Under the pieces are notes generated by a model, which saw nothing but the letters and a program-made list of their open reading frames with translations, made no database searches and had not been told where the DNA came from. This document shows, in pieces, positions 29,024-38,595 of a stretch of 64,000 bases of DNA (the first letter of the stretch is position 1; each line of letters starts with the position of its first letter). Origin of the DNA: Candidatus Helarchaeota archaeon (GTDB taxonomy: Archaea; Asgardarchaeota; Lokiarchaeia; Helarchaeales; RDOG01); assembly GCA_019058315.1 (NCBI GenBank), contig JAHPZH010000002.1, positions 800,001 through 864,000 of the forward strand, read 5' to 3'. The translations under genes and the position numbers were made by a program.

Positions 29024-29845
29024 ATGTCATCTAGTTCAAATAAAGGTATTTTAAAAATAATAAATAATATTAAAAGCAAAACCTTACCCCAAGATAAATT
29101 AATCGAAAGTATTAAAGAAATTGGCAAAATAGGAAATAAATTTTTAGCGGATGATCTAATTCCATTACTAGATGAATTTGATGATGAGGATATTTTATTT
29201 CAAATTAGAGAAACATTAGCGAAATTAAGAATAACTCCCGGTTTCTTGAATGATACAGGTCTTGAGAAGGAGGATGAGGGAAATATTGCCGAAGCTATTA
29301 GAAAATATGAGTTATGTATAAAATTAGATCCCAATTATTATTATGCTTGGTATAATATGGCTCGAATGTATGGGGACAAAAAGAAGAATTTTCAAAGAGC
29401 AATAGAGTTATATAAAAAAACTCTTTCAATAAATACAACTTATGGACCAGGATGGAATGGTCTGGGAAATGTTTATTTTGATCTAAAGCAATACAGCCTT
29501 GCAAGACAAGCATATGAAAGAGCAATTCAATGTGTAGATTATAAAGGTAAGAATTATCCTTATTATAACTCAGGACTTGTCTATGAAAAGTTGGGTAACT
29601 TGAGGAAAGCCTTAGAGTATTATTTAAAGTCGGTAGAATTTAAACAAGATTATTCTCGTGCTAGTTATAACGCAGGAAGACTTTATAGAGATTTAGGAGA
29701 AAGCCAAAAAGCCTATGAATATTTTGGAACTGCTTTGAAATACGATCAATCATATGAGAAGACGATAAGAGAATTAGGCGTTATTGTAGAGGAAGTTATG
29801 ACAATATATCTATTGAAAAAATTAGATGAATTTGAATTGGAGTAA
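29024..29845 (+). CDS. TPR-repeat protein with N-terminal HEAT-like helices
   Basis: Repeated 34-aa AWYN/GWNGLG/YYNSG...A..YY..A patterns. Confidence 0.9.
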   Translation: MSSSSNKGILKIINNIKSKTLPQDKLIESIKEIGKIGNKFLADDLIPLLDEFDDEDILFQIRETLAKLRITPGFLNDTGLEKEDEGNIAEAIRKYELCIKLDPNYYYAWYNMARMYGDKKKNFQRAIELYKKTLSINTTYGPGWNGLGNVYFDLKQYSLARQAYERAIQCVDYKGKNYPYYNSGLVYEKLGNLRKALEYYLKSVEFKQDYSRASYNAGRLYRDLGESQKAYEYFGTALKYDQSYEKTIRELGVIVEEVMTIYLLKKLDEFELE

Positions 29846-29896
29846 AATTGGTAGTTTTATCAGGATTAGAACTAATTATTTTTATATGATGATATT

Positions 29897-30790
29897 ATGT
29901 CTCAAGCTACAAAAAAAAGGATTTCAAAACTCATCGAAGATATTAAAAGTAAAACCCTAACGCACGAGAAATTAATGGAAGCTATTTTAGAGATTGGGGA
30001 AAAAGGAAATAAGTCTTTTGCAGACGATTTAATTCCATTATTAGACGAGATTGAAGAAAAAGATATAAAATTCCAACTTAAAAATTCAATTTTAAAATTA
30101 GGTATAACCGCACAGTATATGAACCAGGAGGGTATTAGAAAAGAAGATGAAAATGATTTAGATGGTGCAATTCGAAAATATGAATTATGCGTGAAACTCG
30201 ACCCAAAACACAAATGGGCATGGTATAACCTGGCGAGAATGTATGATAAACACAAAAATAATTTGGAAAAAGCAATTGAATTTTATAAAGAAGCAGTTGC
30301 AGTTGATAAGAATTATGGGGATGGATGGAATAATATGGGCAATATATATTTAGATCTAAATCAACTTAGCCTTGCAAAACAAGCATATGAAAAGGCAATT
30401 CAAAGTAAAGGTTATGATTTTAAATATTATCCCTATTATAATATAGGTTTAGTATATAATCGGGTTAATAATCCGAAAAAAGCATTAGAATATTTTTTAA
30501 AAGCGATAGAAATAAAATCAGATTATGCCAGAGCTCTATATCATACTGGAAAAACATATAGAATGTTAGAGGAACACGAAAAAGCATCCGAATACTTCGC
30601 ACGTGCACTAGAACATGATAAAAAACTTGAAAAGAGTATGAGAGAGCTTGGAGTAGTTATGGAAGAGGTCATAACGAAACAAATTTTAAGAAAGTTAAAT
30701 AAATTCGAACCTGATCAGGATAAGAAAAGTATAGAAATAAAAGAAAAACCAGTTGAAACCCATGATACTAGAAAGCATGGGGTAAGATAA
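29897..30790 (+). CDS. TPR-repeat protein, tandem paralog of 29024..29845
   Basis: Colinear similarity (IKSKTL, ADDLIPLLDE, AIRKYELCxKLDP, RELGVxxEEV). Confidence 0.9.
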   Translation: MSQATKKRISKLIEDIKSKTLTHEKLMEAILEIGEKGNKSFADDLIPLLDEIEEKDIKFQLKNSILKLGITAQYMNQEGIRKEDENDLDGAIRKYELCVKLDPKHKWAWYNLARMYDKHKNNLEKAIEFYKEAVAVDKNYGDGWNNMGNIYLDLNQLSLAKQAYEKAIQSKGYDFKYYPYYNIGLVYNRVNNPKKALEYFLKAIEIKSDYARALYHTGKTYRMLEEHEKASEYFARALEHDKKLEKSMRELGVVMEEVITKQILRKLNKFEPDQDKKSIEIKEKPVETHDTRKHGVR

Positions 30791-30811
30791 AAATTCTAAA
30801 AATAAAAAAAA

Positions 30812-33445
30812 TTATGAATATGGGGATAAATCATCTTTAATAGCTTTGGAAGGTAATTGCTGAATACCAATTATTTTTACTTGCCGACTAAATTCTTCTA
30901 AATATTTTTGAGATAGTGAAGGTTTAATATTTTTTATATGATTTATTAAATCTTCATTTTGAATTAATATTTTAGGATCTTTCGCTAATTTCCTTTGCAT
31001 TGCATCTTGAGCTGCTCCTCTAAATACTTTCATGATATCAGCACCCACAAAGAATTTCGACATTTTACTTAATTGATCATAATCTAATTTCTTTTCTATG
31101 GGAAAGTTGGAGGCTAATTTTTGAAAAATTTCGACTCGTTCTTCATGAGTTGGTGGGGGTACGGGTATAATGTATTCAAATGATGAAAGAAGAATATCTC
31201 CTATTTTAGAAAGATCTGAAGTTTCGCATATTAAGATAACCGCAGCTTCTTTTTTGATTTTTTCAAATTCATTAGTAATAAATACGGCAACTTCTCTTGG
31301 AATAAGCTCAAGATTTTGAATTACAATTATACTTGGAGCTACTCTTTCTGCATCGTGTAATAATTCATGAAAATTCTTCCTACTGTCTCTACTGGAAAAC
31401 CAATTTGTTAATTCAATTGCGCTAAAAATGAAATAGTTTGCATTAGATTCTTTCAATAAAGCTTTGTAGAGTAAACTTTTTCCAGTTCCAGGAGGTCCAA
31501 ATAAGATTATACCTTTTTTTGCAGGCAATCCATATTCATGTACTTCTTTAGGATGAACTAATGACATTAACAAAGTATTTTTAAAGAATTCTTTAATAGC
31601 TCCTAAACCCCCGATATCATCAAACGAAATTTTTTCAATTCTTTTAATCTGTGTGACGACTCCCCGTCGTTCAAATCGTTCCCTCATTTCTTGAAATGAT
31701 TTAATATCATCTTCGGTTAAATCAGGTTTAATATTTTCTAAATGAGTCAAAATATCTTTCATACTTATTTTTGTAAATTTATTTGTCTTCATAGCTTCTA
31801 TAGCGACTGCTCTTTGTGCTGATTCACAGATATATTCTATTTCAGCACCTGTATAACCTTTTGTTTTTCTCGCCAACTCTTCATAATCAATATCCTTTGT
31901 GATAGGCAAATCTTTTAAATGAACAGCAAATATTTCTTTTCTAGCATGTTCATCAGGAGGAGGTATTGCTATTCTTTCATCAAGTCTTCCCGGTCTTAAG
32001 AAAGCTGGATCGATATCTTCAGGTCGGTTTGTAGCACCTATTACGAGGACCTGATCATCTTCATTTAATTCTGAAATTTCACTTAATAGAGTTGATATTA
32101 GGGTAACTAAATATGGATGATCTGTTGTTCGGCTTCTTTCAAATGCCAAACCATCAAGTTCATCAAAAAATAAAATGGAGGGAGCATTCATCTTTGCTAA
32201 ATTAAATACATTTCTTACGTTCTGTTCAGATTCACCAAGCCATTTTGAGAGTATTTCTGGAGCTGATACGTATTGAAAATTTGAATCGGTTGTTGCTGCC
32301 AATATCTTCGCAATGTATGTTTTTCCACATCCTGGAGGGCCAAATAACAAGATGCCTTTTGGTGCTTTTAAATTATATTTGGAAGCCATAGCATTTCCTT
32401 TAACGATATTTTCAATATTCTGTAATTGTTCTTTAACAGATTCATATCCTCCTAAATCATTCCACGTTAATTTTCTCTCTTGCGATCCTTTATCTAAAGC
32501 TCCAAATTTTCTTGCAGTATTTTCAAATTTTGTTAGAATTGAAGTAGTTATTGATGGATTTATATTCTTTAATGCCTTGTTGAAGTCCTCCATGGTTACT
32601 TCAGCTTTAGCTTTCCATGATCTTTTAATCCAATCAAGCTCAACATTTTGAACCAATCTATTCAAATCATAAATGCTATAATGTTTCGTTTTTTCTGCCA
32701 ATTCATCAAAATTAATATCCTTTGAAAGAGGTTTTTCTTTTAATAAATCTTTTAAGATGAGTTTTCTTGCTTCCGTATCTGGAGGATTGACATAAATTAC
32801 TTCGGAAATATATTCTTGTTTCAATAACATGGGTGAAATTAGATCGGGATTATCAGAAATTCCAATTAATACAACTGGTTTATTAGAATTTTTGATACTA
32901 TTAATTGCATCCATAAGTGAGATCATGGGATCTTGCATTCTAAAAACAGATGTAAAAATATCTCGCTGATCTGCAGCTGGAGCTACTATATCAATTTCTT
33001 CCACCATAAAAATTGTAGGCTCTACACACTCTACTATTTGCGAACTTATAGATTCTACGTTACGTGGATTTAGCTGTATCAATTTAGCCTTGCTTTCTTC
33101 TGCGAGAATCTGAACCAATTTTGATTTTCCACACCCATCAGGACCGAATAAAATAATTACGGGAAGAGCAGTTACCTTTTTTTCTGGAAATAAAAATGGA
33201 ATTTGAATAGTTTCTATTAATTTCATCTTAATATGATCTAACCCCACTATTTCTTTCCATTTTCCTTTAAATTGTAATTTATTAGGATCCAATATATAAT
33301 CACACTCATCATAATTACTTTTTAAGCATAAAGATTCACAAAAATCAGTTTCTAATGCATTTTCCGTTACGCCACATTTAAAAAAAGCTTCTCCAAAGTG
33401 AGTTTCTTCAATTAAATTTGGACATTTTTTCAAAATATAAACCAC
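30812..33445 (-). CDS. Cdc48-like AAA+ ATPase with three AAA modules and a Cys-rich N-terminus
   Basis: Walker A GPDGCGKS, GPPGCGKT and GPPGTGKS. Only the middle module has LFFDE, ATNRP and LRPGRLD. Confidence 0.9.
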   Translation of the reverse strand: MVYILKKCPNLIEETHFGEAFFKCGVTENALETDFCESLCLKSNYDECDYILDPNKLQFKGKWKEIVGLDHIKMKLIETIQIPFLFPEKKVTALPVIILFGPDGCGKSKLVQILAEESKAKLIQLNPRNVESISSQIVECVEPTIFMVEEIDIVAPAADQRDIFTSVFRMQDPMISLMDAINSIKNSNKPVVLIGISDNPDLISPMLLKQEYISEVIYVNPPDTEARKLILKDLLKEKPLSKDINFDELAEKTKHYSIYDLNRLVQNVELDWIKRSWKAKAEVTMEDFNKALKNINPSITTSILTKFENTARKFGALDKGSQERKLTWNDLGGYESVKEQLQNIENIVKGNAMASKYNLKAPKGILLFGPPGCGKTYIAKILAATTDSNFQYVSAPEILSKWLGESEQNVRNVFNLAKMNAPSILFFDELDGLAFERSRTTDHPYLVTLISTLLSEISELNEDDQVLVIGATNRPEDIDPAFLRPGRLDERIAIPPPDEHARKEIFAVHLKDLPITKDIDYEELARKTKGYTGAEIEYICESAQRAVAIEAMKTNKFTKISMKDILTHLENIKPDLTEDDIKSFQEMRERFERRGVVTQIKRIEKISFDDIGGLGAIKEFFKNTLLMSLVHPKEVHEYGLPAKKGIILFGPPGTGKSLLYKALLKESNANYFIFSAIELTNWFSSRDSRKNFHELLHDAERVAPSIIVIQNLELIPREVAVFITNEFEKIKKEAAVILICETSDLSKIGDILLSSFEYIIPVPPPTHEERVEIFQKLASNFPIEKKLDYDQLSKMSKFFVGADIMKVFRGAAQDAMQRKLAKDPKILIQNEDLINHIKNIKPSLSQKYLEEFSRQVKIIGIQQLPSKAIKDDLSPYS

Positions 33446-33480
33446 CTTAATAATAGAAGTTCTAACATGTAATTTCTAAA

Positions 33481-34296
33481 TTATTTCTTTTTTCTCTTAC
33501 TTTTTTTTCCCTTCTTTTTTGCTTTTGTATTCTTTTTAGATTTTTTGAGTTTGGGAGTTTTTCCTTGTAAATTTTTTAATATTCCATCTACTTTAGCTTG
33601 GTCTTTTTCAAATCCCAATTCCTTATAAATTTGTTTAGATTTAAGCACACAACTCTTTGCCATGGTTTTGTCTTTTTTTTCAAAGAAATATGAACCAAGC
33701 TTCATGAAGAATAAAGCATGATTTGGATTGCATTTTTTATCTTTTAAAAAATTTAAATAAGATCCTGTAAGAAAAATTAAGATATCTAATTCAATCTCTT
33801 TATCTTGATATTTTTCTATGAGTTCGCTCATAAATTTTTCAATATAGTCATTTAAAAATTCTTTATTTCCTATAAAATTTTCATAAGAATCAAAAAGTTC
33901 GGAAATTTCATCTTTAATTTCTTTATATTTTCCTTCCTCTAATAATCCATTGATTTTATGGGTTAGTTTTTGTAATGGGCTAGTTTTTTCTTCCATTTTT
34001 TCAATTAATTTTTCCTTTAAATTATTTGAAATCAAAGTTCCAGGATATCTTTCAACTAATTGTTTAAAGAGAACGTTGGAAATAATTCCTTTTGAAAGAA
34101 AATCCAATTTAGCTTCACTTTTTAAACTGAATATTTCTGTTGCCCAATTAGTTAAAAAATTGTATATCTCTTCAGGTTCCATGCTTTTATACGCTGCTTT
34201 CCACTCGTCTATAAAGAAAGATTTAGTCTCTATAAGGTCCTCTATCTCCTTTTCAAATCCGGACTTCATTCCAACACTTTTTTCTTCTTCCAACAT
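33481..34296 (-). CDS. Hypothetical alpha-helical protein with a TPR-like helix pair and Lys-rich tail
   Basis: 271-aa ORF co-oriented 35 bp upstream of the AAA gene; ends KKSKKNTKAKKKGKKSKRKKK. Confidence 0.7.
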   Translation of the reverse strand: MLEEEKSVGMKSGFEKEIEDLIETKSFFIDEWKAAYKSMEPEEIYNFLTNWATEIFSLKSEAKLDFLSKGIISNVLFKQLVERYPGTLISNNLKEKLIEKMEEKTSPLQKLTHKINGLLEEGKYKEIKDEISELFDSYENFIGNKEFLNDYIEKFMSELIEKYQDKEIELDILIFLTGSYLNFLKDKKCNPNHALFFMKLGSYFFEKKDKTMAKSCVLKSKQIYKELGFEKDQAKVDGILKNLQGKTPKLKKSKKNTKAKKKGKKSKRKKK

Positions 34297-34462
34297 TTCA
34301 AGAACCGTGTAATTTTAACCTCTTTATTAAATTTAAAGTCATAATTTGCTTCTTAATTTTTCTGTTAATTCTTAATTGTATTTTATTTATGTTATTTGAT
34401 AAACATTATAATTAATTGCATCTTTAAAAAATAATTAATAATATCTTTATAACGGTTTTACA

Positions 34463-35152
34463 ATGGAAGAACTTTTAGGTCTATATTCTATTTTAAAGGC
34501 ACGAACTCGTTTTTTTTCTGATGGTTATAATTTAGAAATATCTCAAAATCAAAATAATAAATATGAATTTATGCTAGAATTTACTTCAAGTGGTCAATTT
34601 GGTAGTACTGGCTATATTTGGCAAGGAAAGTGTACATTAGACGAAAAAGAATTAATTTTAAAAGTTGAAAAAAAAACTGATTGGAGAGATTTGGCCGTAT
34701 CCGATGGAAGAGAAGAGGATATTTCTGATTCTTCTGAGACTTTTAAAGCAGATATTATTCATACAGAAAAGAATATTGAAATTAAAATTTATAAAGAAGA
34801 AAAAAAAATACTATTAAGTAACTTAAAGGGTCTTAATAAAGACGAACTCTATTCGGTCACTTATTGGATAATTGATTCGGTCCTAAAAAAATTTCAATTG
34901 GGTAGAAGCATGAGTATCCATGATAAAGTACCTCATTGGTCAATAAATGCTCTTCTCATAAAAGATATCACCCCTGTAATATATGAAGGAAATGAAGCTA
35001 CAGAAATTTTAGCTGAATTCGACTTATACACAGAAAAAGAACAAAAAAAAGTAAATACTGAGGAATTAAAAAAAGAACATTATAGAGTCAAGGGGATTTT
35101 TAATAAAAGATATAAGATTTTAAAATTTGATATTATTGAGGGAGAAAAATAA
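34463..35152 (+). CDS. Hypothetical protein
   Basis: 229-aa ORF with a beta-rich N-half; coupled to the next gene. Confidence 0.65.
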   Translation: MEELLGLYSILKARTRFFSDGYNLEISQNQNNKYEFMLEFTSSGQFGSTGYIWQGKCTLDEKELILKVEKKTDWRDLAVSDGREEDISDSSETFKADIIHTEKNIEIKIYKEEKKILLSNLKGLNKDELYSVTYWIIDSVLKKFQLGRSMSIHDKVPHWSINALLIKDITPVIYEGNEATEILAEFDLYTEKEQKKVNTEELKKEHYRVKGIFNKRYKILKFDIIEGEK

Positions 35153-36012
35153 TGAATCCACTTGTTGGTAAATGGGATTATGTGTGGTGTACGATAAAAA
35201 ATACATCTGTCAAAGGTATGATTACATTTAATGATGATGGAACCTTTGCAGCAGAAGTTAAAATGTGGGAAGATCACCCCACTCCCCCAAAATCTGTAAT
35301 TAAAGGAACTTATTCTGTAAAAGGGAACCAAGTTACATATGAAAATCTTGAATTTGATAATGAATGGTATCATCCAAGACCATTTGGAACTTATTTTTTA
35401 TTAGAAGGAGAACATCTTTACTTTGCTTTCATTAAGCTAGAAAAAGCGGAAAAAGACTATACAAAGGCAAGGTGGAGATATAAGTTGATCAATAACAAGC
35501 TTAAAAGGTTATTTGATAAAAAATATAAAGATCCTTTGATTTTCGATCATACCCCACCTGAAGGTATTCCGGGATTAAAACTTTACAAAGTTACTGGTAT
35601 GGATCAAATATTACCGGGAAAACCTATACCCGCAACTAAATATATAGTTACATCTGATTACTCAGCATATAAAGGGGAAGATGTTTTAGATGTCTTGAAA
35701 AGGCGTAAATTCGTTCCAAAGTCTGATAAAATTGCGTTGAACGCTGCATTTTTTATATTAATTAGTTCATTTGAGGGATTAGCACTTCTTTCTAATCTTT
35801 CAGCTAATATAATTGAAGATTATCGCAAAAAACACAAAATTAAACCGGAAATTTGGAAAAATTACCTTAAACCAGAGATTTTGAAAAAAGAAAACCATTT
35901 TGAAGTAAACTTATACGGATATTATAGTATTAAAGGAGCACTTTTTAAATTTATCATAAAAATTGGTGAGGGGATTTATGAATTGAAAAGAGAAATTATT
36001 CACAGAGCATAA
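35152..36012 (+). CDS. Hypothetical protein with a lipocalin-like N-terminal pattern
   Basis: LVGKW...ITFNDDGTF...KGTYSVKGNQVT. Confidence 0.6.
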   Translation: MNPLVGKWDYVWCTIKNTSVKGMITFNDDGTFAAEVKMWEDHPTPPKSVIKGTYSVKGNQVTYENLEFDNEWYHPRPFGTYFLLEGEHLYFAFIKLEKAEKDYTKARWRYKLINNKLKRLFDKKYKDPLIFDHTPPEGIPGLKLYKVTGMDQILPGKPIPATKYIVTSDYSAYKGEDVLDVLKRRKFVPKSDKIALNAAFFILISSFEGLALLSNLSANIIEDYRKKHKIKPEIWKNYLKPEILKKENHFEVNLYGYYSIKGALFKFIIKIGEGIYELKREIIHRA

Positions 36013-36056
36013 AAAAATAAATAATTATGTTAGATAGTTTTATTTACTCAAATTTA

Positions 36057-36590
36057 TCAAGGGGGAATTCCGAATAATCCTTTGGAAGTATCGTAAAACG
36101 GTGCAAGATAGGGTGGCAGAAACGTAAATAATGCATATAATGCTCCCCAACTAATAATTATTACTAAGCTTAAAATATCCAAGTTTTTAGATAATTCCTT
36201 AGAAATTAAAATCTTATAACTTACATATTGTCCTAAAGCAACAGCAACTACGAATAATGAGATATCATAAATTAAATTAGAACTCCCTGTAATTAATTTG
36301 TGTAAGTAAAAACCTCCCATAATCGTTAAAGGCGAGATTGTAAAGTAAAGTGCTTTGGCGAATAAAAAATTATTCATCTCATCCTTCAAGTATTTGTATT
36401 CAATAATGAAATAAATTATACCTGGAGTATAAGTTAATTTTAGATGTTCCCAGACACTTTCATTCACTGGTAAGAATACGGCTAATGGTAAAAATTTTCC
36501 AGTTATATCAAATAAGGAGTGAAATAGACTTCCAACTAGTGATAAAAATACAATACCAAGTATTTCCCAGTTTAAAATTTGTTTATCCAT
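36057..36590 (-). CDS. Conserved membrane protein (DUF6512-like)
   Basis: GSLFHSLF, PVNESVWEHLKL and FTFLPP...F.D. Confidence 0.75.
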   Translation of the reverse strand: MDKQILNWEILGIVFLSLVGSLFHSLFDITGKFLPLAVFLPVNESVWEHLKLTYTPGIIYFIIEYKYLKDEMNNFLFAKALYFTISPLTIMGGFYLHKLITGSSNLIYDISLFVVAVALGQYVSYKILISKELSKNLDILSLVIIISWGALYALFTFLPPYLAPFYDTSKGLFGIPP

Positions 36591-36727
36591 TGTTGTTACC
36601 TACTAAGATAATGAAAAATTTGTTTAAAAAACAGATTATAGTTACATATTTGAGATCAGTGAAAATATTAATATTGAAATAAGCGTTTTAGTTAAAAAAT
36701 AAATTGGAATCTTATTGGTAAAAAAAA

Positions 36728-37534
36728 TTGAATGCTATAGAGATAGAAAAATTTCAAGAAAAAGTTTTTACTTGGTGGAATGAACATAAACGTGAATTTC
36801 CTTGGCGTGATACGACAGAGCCTTACAAGATCATGGTGTCTGAATTCATGCTCCAACAAACCCAAACAAATAGGGTAAAAGATATTTATCAAGAGTTTAT
36901 TATAAAATATTCAAGCCTAGAAACCTTGGCAAAAGCAAATGCATCAGATGTGGTGAAATTCTGGTCTCAAAATCGTTTAGGTTATAATCGAAGAGCTTTA
37001 TGGTTACATAAAGCAGCTTTAGAAATAAATAAAATGGAAAATTTTCCCGATTCGATTGAAAAATTACAAAAACTTAAAGGAATTGGACCATACACGTCAA
37101 GATCAATACTTATATTCGCTTTTAACAAAGATATCGCAACAATTGATACGAATATAAGAAGAATATTGATTGCGGAAGGGTTTGCTGATAATTCAATGAG
37201 TGATCGAGAATTGTTATTACTAGCTGAAAAATTACTTCCTAAGGGAAAATCCCGAGATTGGCATAATGCGTTGATGGATTACGGAGCATTAGTAAAGACT
37301 TCAATAAAAACGGGTATAAAACCCAAATCAACGCAATCAAAGTTCAAGGGGTCTAGCCGTCAGTTCAGGGGGCGGATTGTAAGATTTCTTACTAAAAATA
37401 AAGAAGCTAAAAAAGAAGTCATTATCAATAAATGTGAGATTCCTAAAGATAAAGTTGATAAGATTATTTCTTCTCTTGTCAAAGATGGCTTAATAAAACT
37501 AAAGAAAAAGGAAAATACATATTATATTCCTTAA
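36728..37534 (+). CDS. mutY: MutY-like HhH-GPD adenine glycosylase (short form without the Fe-S motif)
   Basis: RxFPWR, VSEFMLQQTQ, LGYNRRA, LKGIGPYT, IDTNIRR and ALMDYGA. Confidence 0.85.
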   Translation: MNAIEIEKFQEKVFTWWNEHKREFPWRDTTEPYKIMVSEFMLQQTQTNRVKDIYQEFIIKYSSLETLAKANASDVVKFWSQNRLGYNRRALWLHKAALEINKMENFPDSIEKLQKLKGIGPYTSRSILIFAFNKDIATIDTNIRRILIAEGFADNSMSDRELLLLAEKLLPKGKSRDWHNALMDYGALVKTSIKTGIKPKSTQSKFKGSSRQFRGRIVRFLTKNKEAKKEVIINKCEIPKDKVDKIISSLVKDGLIKLKKKENTYYIP

Positions 37535-37564
37535 AATTAAAAAAATACTTAATGAAATAATTCA

Positions 37565-38455
37565 CTAAATATATGCTAATTCTTTAAGCAGTTTCACCGC
37601 TTTTAATGCACTTTTTTCTTTATCTTTTATCTCCAGCATTATGTCGAGATCAATACCTATAATATCCTTTAAAAACTTTTTAAATAAATTTAAATCAATA
37701 GAAGTTATATGTTTGCCTTTTTTTTCACCTATTTCTTGAGAGCTATAATCTATCATTAACAAACCATCTTGATCCTTCCAAGTTTCTTTGGCTCTCAAAA
37801 TAGCTTCCCTTTGAGATTCTTTATTATTGTTATATTGATGGTGTAATGTGTCAAATATTATAGGTATACCCAGAATTTTGTTTATATCTAAACAATCCTT
37901 TATATTATAAGATCTTTCATCATTTTCAATTACTAATCTCTTTTTAATTGATTTATCTAAGGTTTTATAGACCCTACAAAATCGATCAACCGCTTCTTTT
38001 TTATTATTATAAACTCCACCAACATGGATTTGAATTTTAGCAGTATTATCAAGCCCCATCGTATCTAAAACGTTTGCATGATAAATTAGATCTTTTATAC
38101 TTTTATCTACCACTGCTTTTTTTAGTGAATTTATCACTATGAATTGATCAGGATGCATGGAAATTCGGATATCATGCTCTTTAATAAATTCCCCTATTTC
38201 TTGAAATTGCCCCCTAAAATGATCTACCCAATTAAATTTACAAATTGGATGAGAAGCGAAAGGAACCGTGTTTGAACTTATTCTAAAAAAGAATATATCA
38301 TTTTTTACATTAAATTTTAATATTTTAAAAAGACAATCTAAATTATTTTTTACTGTATTTTTTAATTTTTCTTCAGAATATGAGGCTAATCTGAAATTTG
38401 AGTTAGCTGTACAACCTATACCCCTATTAATTGTAACATAACCTAATTTCATCAA
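37565..38455 (-). CDS. uvsE: UV damage endonuclease
   Basis: FFRISS, PFASH, RISMHPDQF, IHVGGVY, LVIENDE, FDTLHH and MLEIKDKE. Confidence 0.95.
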   Translation of the reverse strand: MMKLGYVTINRGIGCTANSNFRLASYSEEKLKNTVKNNLDCLFKILKFNVKNDIFFFRISSNTVPFASHPICKFNWVDHFRGQFQEIGEFIKEHDIRISMHPDQFIVINSLKKAVVDKSIKDLIYHANVLDTMGLDNTAKIQIHVGGVYNNKKEAVDRFCRVYKTLDKSIKKRLVIENDERSYNIKDCLDINKILGIPIIFDTLHHQYNNNKESQREAILRAKETWKDQDGLLMIDYSSQEIGEKKGKHITSIDLNLFKKFLKDIIGIDLDIMLEIKDKEKSALKAVKLLKELAYI

Positions 38456-38595
38456 ATTTCAAATATTAAATAGAATATTGAAATAAAATATTGATGATCT
38501 TGAACAATTAGATGCTAAATTCACTATTATATTATTTTTATGAGAGCTGAAGAAGTATAAATTAGAATAATTTATTAATTCATTATTCTAAATGC

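Noticed and set aside
38381-38394. TGAGGCTAATCTGA match to the 9449-9532 repeat
   Set aside because: A single 14-bp match inside the uvsE coding sequence; likely coincidental.
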